Shown piece after piece: positions 26,801 to 38,800 of a DNA stretch of 64,000 nt. A program made the translations under genes and the position numbers. Within the stretch, counting starts at the first letter, position 1, and each line of letters opens with the position of its first letter. The notes under the pieces are model-generated. The model had not been told where the DNA came from, ran no database searches, and saw only the letters and a list, made by a program, of their open reading frames with translations. Location of the stretch: the NCBI GenBank assembly GCA_977020255.1, contig CDROCS010006203.1:124001-188000 (forward strand), given 5' to 3'. The stretch comes from Obrimoposthia wandeli (Eukaryota).

Positions 26801-29800
26801 CTCCTATATTTAAAACATATATTGATATCAATAGCCGGAAACGGGCAGAGGGTACTACTACATTTGATAAAGAGTTTTATAAACTCAAAAATAATTCAAT
26901 ATATGGTAAGACAGTGGAAAATCTTAAAAAGCGTAAAGATATCCGTCTTACCAAGAATGATCGTCAGTTTACTAAACTTGTTTCAAGCCCTTGGTTTAAG
27001 AAGCATACCCAAATAACCGACAATCTCAATCTTTTATTTATGCAAAAGAAAGAAATTTGTCTGGATCGCCCATCATATATTGGTCAAGCTGTGTTGGACT
27101 TATCTAAACTACGTATGTACCAACTACAGTATAGTGATCTTGACCGGTATCGTAAGCAATATCATTGTGATATCAACATAGTTGCAATGGATACAGACTC
27201 GTTTTTCTTAGAGTGTAAGCATATAGATAAAGATGTCCTCTTAAAACAAATGATTAAAGATCAGATGTTAGATACGAGTAATTACCCGATCACACATGAG
27301 TTATTTAACGATTCTCATCGAAATGTGATTGGAAAGTTTAAAGATGAAAGCAAGGGGACAGTGCTTTATGATGAATGGGTATTTCTGAAACCTAAATGCT
27401 ACTCATTGAAAACGAGTATGAGGGCTAAGGGTATCTCCCTTAAACAAACCGAAATCAGACATGAGCATTACATAAAGTGTTATGTTGATGAAATTATAAC
27501 TGCCGGTCAGACACGTATTTTATCTCGCAATCATCAATTATTTACAATGTATAATGATAAAATTGCGTTAAGGTGTTATGACGATAAAAGGGTTTGGCTT
27601 GAGAAAAACAAATCCGTCGCATATGGACACTATAGTCTAAGATAGGTGTATATAAAATCTGGGGTAACCTCTTGAAAGTATTAACTAATATCCTCTTATT
27701 TTTAATGTGATAGTATGTATCTTTTTAATGCAATAGTATGTATATATTTTTAATGCTATAGTATGTATATATTTTTATTGATGTTTATTTTTAATACATT
27801 GTATGTATCATAACCATGTCTTGACTTCCTACTAGCTACTCATTGGATAATTTCATTGGTTAATTTCATTGGATAATTTTAACAAATTCTCTATAAATAT
27901 AAACACATTTCAATCAACCAATTTCTCATTATTTCAAATGACTACTTCTAAAGAAAAATTGCAAGCTCTCTATGATAACCTGAGCCCTACCTTGATGGCC
28001 CAGTATACTGAAAAGTACTTTAGTTTATTTGTTGCACCAGAACTTTTTGTCTCAAGGATTGAAGAACTTTATATGTATCACCTGTTTAATGGAGACTTTA
28101 AACCTAAAGTTGCAACAATCATTAAAATAGAAGAAGAAGAAAGCATGGATTGTGACAATGAATATAATTATGTATAAACATAGACTTTTTTTTTTTACTA
28201 AACTCCTACTATAAACAATAACGTTTCTTAAGATAAAACTGCGATAGCTGTCCGGTTATGCGGGGCAGTCTAACTCCTGGAATGAGGTCGCAGTACTAAG
28301 TAAATTAAATAGTTGCAAATAAAAATTTGGGACGGTCAATTGTGTTTAATTTCAAAATTTTAATTTTTAATTTTCATATTTAATTTTCGAATTAAAATTT
28401 TAATTTTTTAATTTCCATATTTAATTTTTTAATTTTTAAATTTTTTTAATTTTAAATTTTAAATTTTAAATTTTTAAATTTTAAATTTTAAATTTTGAAT
28501 TTTTAAATTTTTGAACTATATACAAATGTTACAGAATATTAACCTACATAATCGTAAGTGACGCATAAAACCAAACAAATTTCGAGACGTAAAGTGTCGG
28601 TTCTAAAACAATAGCACACAAAGCCCCCCCCCCGAACAAGGCACAAGGAACAAAGCACATCTGTATGACTAAACAAATTTCAGATGTGCTTTGTTCCTTG
28701 TGCCTTGTTCGGGGGGGGGGGGCTTTGTGTGCTATTGTTTTAGAACCGACACTTTACACTTCTCCCAACAGTTCCATATTTTCCTAATCGAGATGCGCAG
28801 TTTTCAAATGTTTCGAGAGTTTCGCAGGTGCAAAACACCTATTTGACACAATTTCAAGTTTGAAAGTATTATTTGATTGAACAAAGTAAATGAAAATCTT
28901 TGAAATTTATGAAATTTATGAAGTTAGAAAATAACAATAATAACCTTTAGTCCACTTAAATATTTAAAATATTATTTGATGATCAAATAAATGATAATTG
29001 GAAATATTTAATTTCACAATAAAATTGTCGTGTTTATTTAAATACAACCCATATTAAGTATTTAAACAACAACTTATTTGAAATTATTTAGAATTTCTGA
29101 TGCTAAGAAATAATATTCTGAAATTTTTGTACGGAACCCCACACTCCTTTGCGGAACCCACTGGTAAGGGAATTACTGTTATAATATAATTATGTCTTAA
29201 ATTACTTTGATGCATTCATGGCAATGATTTTCATTTAGAAATGAGTTCAAGCCGGCAGCAGTGAAACAGTTAAGAATATGATTTTACTTTTCTATCTATA
29301 AGTAAAATACAATAACATAAAAAATCATATAAAAATTTCAAACTAAAATTAAATGTTGTAAATATCACAAAACGAAAGGGAAAATACACGAATAGTTCAA
29401 TAACCACCCCTTTAATATATGTATAGATTAAAACACTATATTGTGTGTTGTATATCAATGTTTAAGTTTGCAACGAAATTTATCTATGTCATTTTACATC
29501 ATTTATACATTTTCAGAATTTTATTATGTACAGGAATGTAGCCGAGGATAAAACATTTACTTCATATTTCATCAAAATTGGCTTATTAAAACCGAGATTA
29601 TTCCCAATGTATATATCCTGCGCAAAGAATTCATTCACACAATATGTAGCATTAAATCACAAATTTTGTTGTTATTACACAATGTTTTATTTATATTTAA
29701 CATTTTTAATAAAATATAAAACTTCAGTCTATCTAATTTAAAAGTTTTGAAGCCTTGCATATTTGTCATTAATATTCTCCTCTTTTCCATACAAACTTTG

Positions 29801-32800
29801 AAGATTCTTTTGAAGCAGTAATAAATCTCGTATCGATCCTCGCTGATTTCCACATTAGGTCTCCTAAATGAGCAGCTTAAATTCTCAGAATAATGTAGGT
29901 AAGGAATGTTGGTAAATTAGAATCTTATTTTACCCGGAGGAAACCAGCATACATCGCCAGACATACATTTAGAGTTAGAAGAACAATCGAATCATTTAAA
30001 AGCTGCTTACCTTCCCCTCACGATATCTGCATTTTGAGAGTACCTGGTAAAGCAAATGATTACAAGCACTGGGTTGTAAGGTCCTGAACTTATTCTCAAT
30101 CTTTAAATGTATGGCTTTAATTATAGTCACACGATTTAATACCATTGGCATGTAGAACTGCCGGTGTGAGATGAAGGGAAATAGCAATTCAAGAAGATAT
30201 AGTGGTGCTAAAACGTACCGGAATGAGTCTTGTGTGGTAGATCCCCGACATGTGAGTAGAAGGTCGAATGACGAAGGTAGGACGGTGTTGTGATCATGGA
30301 GAGTTGCCGATTGGTGCATACATCTATATTGGCCCCTCCGTGGTTAAGAGTGTTTTTGGAGCCCTCAGAACCTCCGGTCGAGGAGGAACCCATTTGATTA
30401 GTGATCGGGTGGGCTTTACCACAGCTGCTGGATGATGATTGGTCGGAGACTCGCTGCTTCTGGTGGTCAGGGCTGTCCTGCTGGTTACTGCTGCTTGCCG
30501 TCGGCTTGACCTGGACATTGGGGACACCTCGTCAAAAATAAATACCAGAGTTACAGTATTATATGTTTCAATCTAGATACCATTATTAATAATGGCAATA
30601 AAATGGACAAGATAATTAAATCCATATAAAATAAACAAAATATTTATTACCAAATTTTATATTTAAAGGTAACAATTTGTATTTTATTGAACAAAATAAT
30701 CCAAAGCGTGCAACAATTTTTGTCAATCTTAAAAATTTCAAAATTTTAGAATTATAAATTATATTTAAATATTGTTAATTTGTTTTATCATCGTTTTTAA
30801 AGTTTTTGTACAAACTGGATGTTGCACCCATTTCTAAAAAGATAATAGTGACTCATTAAATGCCCGTTACTTCTTTCACCCTGATGCATTCTGAAGGTGT
30901 TGATGCACATAAAGTAGTGCTAAAGCAGAAAAAATAATATACAAAATTTATCTTGTAGTAAAATAATAAACTAATAATATGCACTTATAAGATGAAAATA
31001 TTGAAAAAAGATAGTGAAAAGTAAAAATATTTAACTATTGATGAGCAACTGCTTAAATTGCAGGTTAGTGTATGTACAAAGCCTGGAAAATATGAATAAA
31101 TTTATTTTAGCTATGATGGTGGTGAATATGCGTCAATACTGCTGACATAAACAGCGTTTATACTCCATTTACAAAAGCTTCAACAAAGCAGAGTGAAGCC
31201 GTCGGCATGAAACTAATGAATCCTTTCGTACCGGTGATGTACGTTCTCAACTTATCCTGAAACTTTAAATGGATACGATTTGTGGCTTTCACATGAACTG
31301 GCGATGTGGTATGAATCAAACATTCAAATATGTATATCTACATATAACGTGTAGAAGGAAAGATTGCCATTGAATGATGTGGCTATATGGTTACAAGATT
31401 TTATTCTAACTTTGAAAACACGAAGCTACCTCAAATTGCTATATACAATATATGTTTCAAGAACATATAAACAGTGAATAATATTACTGGGAACAATATT
31501 AATACAATTGAGTTTAATATCCAATCGAGAGAAACATAACATTTTAAAACATAATGGAACTAACAATTAGAATGACTTGGTTGAAGAATATAAATTAGCA
31601 CATTCAAATTTATTTTACCATACACTATTTAAGGAAGTGAAAATTCAATTAAAAATATTTGTATTGAAAAAAGAAATGGTAATTATGCTCACAAGGCATT
31701 GATGAATGAATACTTAATTATAGCAAAGATAAAAAACGTGTTTCATTAGATGCAATTGGTTATGATGCCGATGGTGATGTACGCATAGGGTGGATTGCAA
31801 AATCCCAAGAATTTGAGTTAAATTCGATTGGATTTTCTGAAACAATCTAAATATCTGCTTCTCGGTATGAATGTCGGTATAAAATTGGTTGTTGCAAATT
31901 GAAACTTCTCTTTAAAAACAAGTACAGTTAATTGTAGAATAAAAGTTATACATGCTGAAATTAAAGTTAGGCGGGTGAGAATTGAACCATCCGTATTGAT
32001 GACTCATAATGTTGATTTAGAAACTCAAAATGCGGTTTATACTTATAGACGGGGGAAATGGTACATTATTCTCTACCTAAAGGCACTACAACATTTTATA
32101 AATCACCTATTTTTGATGATGAGCAATTACCTAAATTTGTTTTGATTACATTTCAGCATAATCCTAAAATGGATGGGTCTAGTGCAACAAACTCTTCTGA
32201 ATTCGATCATTGTAATATCAGCTTAATTTCCCTTAATAAAAACACTGATTTTGTTGAAAGATACAATACAAACTTTGAAAAAGATGAGTACTTGTTTGCA
32301 TATATTCAAACAATGGATAGAAACATGGTATTATTGGATAAAAATATAAAAATAGGTATAAAATCTGAAGATTTTAAGGGACATTATCCGTTTTCCACAT
32401 TTGTATTGGTTCCTGAATTTGAAGTAAATCAACATCAATTACATAGACAAGGTTATAAAACATGTTATAAAATACTACTGAATTGTCATAGTTTGTGTTG
32501 TTTGTTATTGGTCATTAAAATATAGTCAATAAAAATTATCTAAATCTTAAATGCTTTTTATAAAATGTTTATATAAAAATTCAAGCTTCTGTAATTACAA
32601 TGGACCATTTTTGTGACCAAAGATTAGCAATTTTTTATTACACAGTGGAATAAAATATAACTTGTATTTTTTCCTTTTAATGAAATAACATAATTCTAGT
32701 GCTAGCTTATTAGGAAAATGTCATTAAAAAATCCATCTTGTCATGATTTTGATATATCGACATGATCAGAAAACACATGTTGATACACAAAACAACGATT

Positions 32801-35800
32801 TGATGTGTATATTAAACGGTACGTTTAGTTATAGCAATTAATATCGTTTTCCATAATAATCTCAGTAATATAAATTTTACAAATTACAGTGTTAATTTAA
32901 TTTAAAAAAGATAACCTATTAAATATGCCACCTTTTTAGATATAAAATCATAATTTTATGTTTCTTTGGGAAGTAAAATTATTTTTGTCCTTATCAGGAT
33001 GCAAAAATTATTTTTATTCCTTTTTATGCCTTATAATTTTATTTTGTCTCTAGTATGATGTAGTATTACCAATCTAATTAGAATAATAATTTAGTTTTGA
33101 GAAATAGTTTAATACAGTACGAAATACAGGTTAAAATCGTTAAAGCGCAATTAAAATAACATATAAGCAGCTTGTAGTTTAACCACCTTCATAGAGGAAA
33201 TATATTATAAAAATAGTTTTCAATGAACTTCTTCTTCAGTCTTACGCTTGACTTCTTATTCATTATTCTACATTTTAATGTTATAGAATTTGAGTTAGTT
33301 TTGTCAGCTAGAAACCTTCGTAAGTGTCTTTTGTTGTTACAATGCTTGATTATAAATATTTAATGGTATAGAGTTTACTAAAAATAAACGAGATTTATTG
33401 ATTATTTTTAAAATCGCAATTTAGCCATAAATTGTTTTCAGAAAACGAGTGAAAACATTGAGAAACACAAAACTCACTGGTGAAATAAGTCCAGAGATTT
33501 GGTAGATAATTTGAATAAAATTGTGCTTCATAAAGATGAACACAAAATGAAAAATAATACACATTTGTGCGATACATCGATCATAGAATTAGTCAATGTG
33601 CCGTTTTGTACATATTTAAAACTGCATACTTTCTCAATTACATAAGAGCCAGAACAAAATTACTTTACCACATGTCAGAAAACAGATTAGCAATCATAAG
33701 AAACCTATCTAAGCGTCTAAAAACGTAGCCCGAGGATTCGAACCAGAATTGCTATATATTTAGAAAAAAACTTCTTAATAAACTTATTTTATTTAAAAGT
33801 AGAGAAATTTCTAAAATTCAAAGTTTGACTATTCAATATTTTGTAGAAAATACTGAATCAGCTATATAAAAAGAGAAACAAGATTGAATGAATAAATATT
33901 ATTTATTAAGGCCAAATATTTTTGATAAATGCTTATTTCAAGGTGAGTTGTGCTTATATTGCTTTTAAATTAATGAGTTTTCCTTTCAATTTTTTCCATA
34001 TCTGCTAAATTAAATTGTATGTTGCTATAAGCACTCTCAAAAATTTAGCGAGATTGGGAAACTCAGTGCATAATTTGTTTCATTATTCTAAAAGGGACCT
34101 ACTATATAATTCGTTTGAACAAATATCAAACAAATATATTATGAAATCGTTACATCATTTAAGTTTAAGTCGAATCATAATTATAACTCTGAAATTCATA
34201 TCTAAAAAATATACTGTGTAACAAATAAAAACTTAGTTTTTGCTTATACGAAATGGCATATTTCTAGTTAAAAAGTGTTCGCTTGTTAGAAAAATTTCTT
34301 AAAATTATTTTATCTCGACAGGATTTGGAGAATCGACATGGTCAGAAAAACATTTTTATACTCAGAATATTGATTTGACACATATATATATGTGTGTCAA
34401 ACGGTATATTTAGATTTAACAATTAATTAATAAGTACGATCTGCTACAAAATCATGAAATGCATGTATCGCTTTTTAATAAATTATATTGTTGCATGTGT
34501 GAGCTAAGAGAGATTATAATCTCTAACCGTAACTTATTGATAAAGGTTCTCTAGACATCGACATTTCAAAACCTGTACCCATAATATCATTTTCAATAAT
34601 AATCTCTTCAGTATACACCTCCAATACAGAAATATTTATATTTATGGGGATAATTTTTAAAATAAAGAGAAAAATATTTAAAAACAGTTTTAAGCATACA
34701 ATTTTAATAAGATTATAATGAGATTATTTTCGTAATCAGGATGCAATACTATTTCTAAATTTGTTGTGCTGTGATATTTAAATGATCTTTTTATCATTTA
34801 TTGTTTTACTTGGAAAATAATTTTTTTACATACTTCAAAATTCATACTAATAAACTAAACTTCTAAAATATTAAACTACATCATTTAAAAAATCGACTCA
34901 GTTCTAGTTCTTTACACAACTTGAACAATATATACCTGTCCAAAAATTGAGGTCTGTTGACTTTAGGTCTTGTGATTTAATAATGTTTATCTCGACGAAT
35001 GCACTAAATATACCTATTTTGCTCTCATTGCATTAATAACTATTTTAGATGTTTATACATAACAATTCGCATCAAAATGCGCACATCTTAATGGCATACT
35101 AAGGTAAACTTATAAAAATATTAAAATAAATGTATAGATTAGTATGAATTCAATTGATTTCTTAAATTTTTAAATAATTTACAAACGCACCATAGAGAAG
35201 AAAGAAAATCCTTTTTGTACTTTGCTAATGTCACAAAAATTTAACAGTTTTGATAGTACAAATATGCAACAGACCGGAAATATCTCTACTATTTAAAAAA
35301 TATTGTTTACGAGTATTTTGCTACTTATACTTATACGTAATACATGTTTGCAAAACTTAAGTTTAACTTTTCAATATTCTTGCAATAATTACAAAATCAG
35401 TTGCACAAAAAGAAAACTAAAGTTAATTGAATAATAAGCCAAAGATTGTTGACAAGTGCTTATTGTAAAACTTTTTTTACAACAAAAGTGTAAAAAAAAT
35501 TAAAATTTGTTTTTTTTTAAATTTATTGTTTACATACTTTTATAAATTTCCCATATTTAACTTATAGCAAACAGTGAATTTAAAAATAATTTTTGTTTTC
35601 AATGATAATTTTTCAATATTTAGGTGTAATAATTCATTGATTTGATATTAACACGTTTTTTAACTTTAACATATTTTACTGACAATATTATGAGGTTATT
35701 TTGTCCTAAAACTATAATTAAGCACATTGATACGGTTGGGACTGTCTGGCTTTTAACTCACGAATATCTATATGTTAATGTTATAAACAAGATGAGTATA

Positions 35801-38800
35801 GATTGCATTAATTTATTTCAAAATTTCAAATCAACATTTGCTTTAAAAAAAATTATCAAAATTACCATTATATAAAATTGTTCAGATGTATATTTATGTT
35901 TCTACTTCCGACACCGTCTAAGTCTGGCAGTAGTCGGAGGAAACATTGCTTATGTTATTGAAAACTTTCCAGACGAATGCTACCTAATAACTGTTCCTTT
36001 TTAATTTATATAACTTTGATCTGTATTACATTTTTGATTTATTCATTCTCTTATCTGTCTCATTATGAAAGTAAAAGAACTCAAAACAGGTACTCAACGA
36101 CTGAAGTTTGCAGTCCAAGGATTGGCATACGTGTTTGACAGCATTGATGAACTTCTGATACTGTAACTTTGAAATATATAGCGCAAATGAATTAAAGAAA
36201 GTCCATACACATGTCGAGATCAGCGAGTAAGGAGGTTTTGAGACCGCAGAATGATTTACAAAATTCATTAACGCTTACAAAATACAGATATTTATTTTTC
36301 TAACAATGTGTGTTGCGAGTTGTTCTAAGATGAACGAAAACTAAGACAGACAAATAGTTGTTCATCGTGCATTTGTCGGTTTGTAGCCAGAGTGGAAATG
36401 GTGCAGCGTGTGGGGTCATCGACTAGCGATGTTCGAGGCAGACAAAGTAGCATGGCCATCCAAGCCACCAACTTTTGTGGCAGCGGCTATGTGTGAAGAG
36501 TGCCGCTAATAAAGTCGCTCTCTTGTTGATTTATGAGACAGTTAACCATAATTGACGCCGCCATTAAATAGGCAAACACGGCAATCGCATCTGCGACAGT
36601 TGAGGTCTTTCAGAGGCCTTCTTTACTTCTTTTTCGTCTCAATGTAAACAGATTGGACACACATGCCAGATCGTTCTTGCAGCAGTGGCTCCTTCAGATT
36701 CCCATGATACTCTTACATCCACCTGTCACCTGCCCATCTGATAGATAAGGGTAACATTCCGTCTACAGTTCTACTTATACCGTGTGTTTGTCAAGTAACG
36801 CAGGGTTTTAAAATATCAACAACATCTTAGCTGAACAAGATAAGTTATTAGAATCAAAAGTTAAATGTAAACTATAAAGTAGAATTTGCGATGTTTTCTG
36901 GAATTGACACAGTCTTATTAGTTTTAGCACACACTCAATTGCATGATAAAATATTGAGCGATGAATCAAATCTATTAGTTTGATAATCTCGGGATTTGGT
37001 TCAGTAACCGCTTTTGATATTGTGCAAGCATAAACTGTATTTCATAAATTTTCGAAAAGGTCTCAAATCTGGGCTATTTGATGGCCAATAAAAGTCAGTT
37101 CCATCAATAATGACTTCAAAAATCACAATTTCTAGCATTGCTGGTTTGTGTGGAAGTTCCATCTTGTTGGTAAAAAGTTGTTCTAAGAAATCATTTTGAT
37201 GGTAAGCATGGGAGAATAAGAAGCAGTATAAATCCAATATGAAAGTAAGTGTGTTCTAATATAATTCCAATATAATATGTGGACAGAATGAGAAAGTCTG
37301 TTCAAATCACAAATGTCAGGTCATAAGAATTGAAAAACTTCATTTGTTGGCTTTGTGTCGTCCCAAAATCGAGTAAACTGTCGATTCACAAGATAAATAA
37401 GTCGCGTAAACCTATCAACACAAAGAAATCACGAAAATAAATAAAAAACGTCATTAACCAAATCCTCATCTACTTCAGAAAAAGGAAACTGTTCTCGTTT
37501 TAGTAGAACAGCAGAAGTCACACTTCAAATTTTGCAATTACTTGAGTAACTGAAGTCACATTTGGATACAATGGATTTTTCTTACTAGCCTGAAAAATGG
37601 TATATCTTATAAGTGCAGTTTGGCAGCATTCATTGTACGGGCAATATACGATCATCCAATTTCAAAATATAATGACGAAATTCCAACAAATATAATTTTC
37701 CTTTACGAACACATGGTAAATTCAACATTTTGACGAATATTATGGGATTCCCAAATGTCCACATGTTCTCTATTTTGACCTTTTGGTAGAATCTAAGTAG
37801 ATTCAAAGAACTTTTCTGAAAATATTTCGAGTTATAATGAATGTTAGACTCTGGTCCCCGAACTGTGGGGAATTCCCCCTGGGTGAATTTCAGTATTCTA
37901 GGGGGGAATGAAATGAGTTTGAATAAAAATTTGCATTGGTACATTTTGACATAATACAATGTATTGTTTATTATATTTTTCTAAAATAAAAATGATTTTT
38001 TTTAAATACGTTATTTTTTAAGAGGGGGTAATTTAATCCAAACATCTTTTCAGGGGGACGGTATAAAATGGTTTGGGGACCACTGGTTTAGAGATAAGTA
38101 TATCAATATTGAGTATAAAAAGTAGTATTTATTTTATCAATTGTTTTTAACTCTAAAAAGTCAAACAGCTTTTTTTACATGCCATTTTTCAAAGTAATAG
38201 TTAACACAGTCGCTGTCAACTAATATTAGGAAATTTCATGACAAAATATTTTATGAAACATAATTTCATTCTACGCCATAAATTAACAAATTTCCAGCTT
38301 TAAGTTGATATAAAGGTCATCTTAACAGTTAAAAAAAATTATTCCAATAATTGTAATGAAAATTAAAAATATTTTTTTTAGACAGCTTCAATTTGAATTT
38401 CTGAAATAAGATCTGAAATTAGGATGAAAAGAAATTGTGCCACCTTAAAGCTGAGAAATTACAGTTTTGTGGTATAGAAATAAAAGTTGAAAGATATTAA
38501 TAGCTTCATAATATGGAACCTAGGACGTTTCGGCCTTTTAAGAGTTTTTCTTCTAATTTTAAGATTTAAAAGATATTTTGAGTCGATTAAGTTTAGTTGA
38601 AGATGGTGTTCGTTCTACTAGGTTTTTTGGTCAAAAAATAAGATTTTAATTTTATATAATTTAGTTTAGATGAAGATGATATTTCTTATTTTGAATTTTT
38701 TTAGAAAGATTTAGATTTGAGCCAATTTATAAGAAATTTGTAGTTTTCAAATAATTTAGTTTAGTTGAAGATGGTGTTCGTTTTTTTGTTGTTGTAAAAA

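Larger units (their letters stand above)
15505..28217 (+). promoter_or_regulatory. Recurrent intergenic TATAAACA motif
   Basis: Exact copies at 15505, 16438, 16731, 17381, 17723, 20301, 20710, 22731, 27898, 28173, 28210 (plus intragenic 15734, 21759); one-mismatch copies at 18084 and 19092. Confidence 0.75.
13659..28763 (+). mobile_element. Complete Polinton/Maverick (endogenous polintovirus), 15,105 bp
   Basis: 6-bp TSD CCCAAC at 13653-13658 and 28764-28769; termini AGAAGTG...CACTTCT; TIRs; pPolB, integrase, ATPase, MCP, mCP and protease genes all present. Confidence 0.98.

Noticed and set aside
11990-29165. Polinton nested inside the hAT element
   Set aside because: A hAT TIR-like end already lies at ~13486, left of the Polinton TSD; the cagtgggttccgc motif near 29160 could not be tied to the same element
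30324-30527. ORF-track frame [10 protein letters not shown] as the PLCE1 exon
   Set aside because: It stops at 30324 without a donor; the other frame stays open to a GT donor at 30218 that joins the next exon in phase
33720-33755. tRNA gene (GGTTCGAATCC B-box on the minus strand)
   Set aside because: Only a B-box-like fragment, no cloverleaf; more likely a SINE remnant
36380-36780. GC-richer island as a definite host exon or TE
   Set aside because: No frame gave convincing splice sites or recognisable motifs; kept only as a candidate for the phase gap
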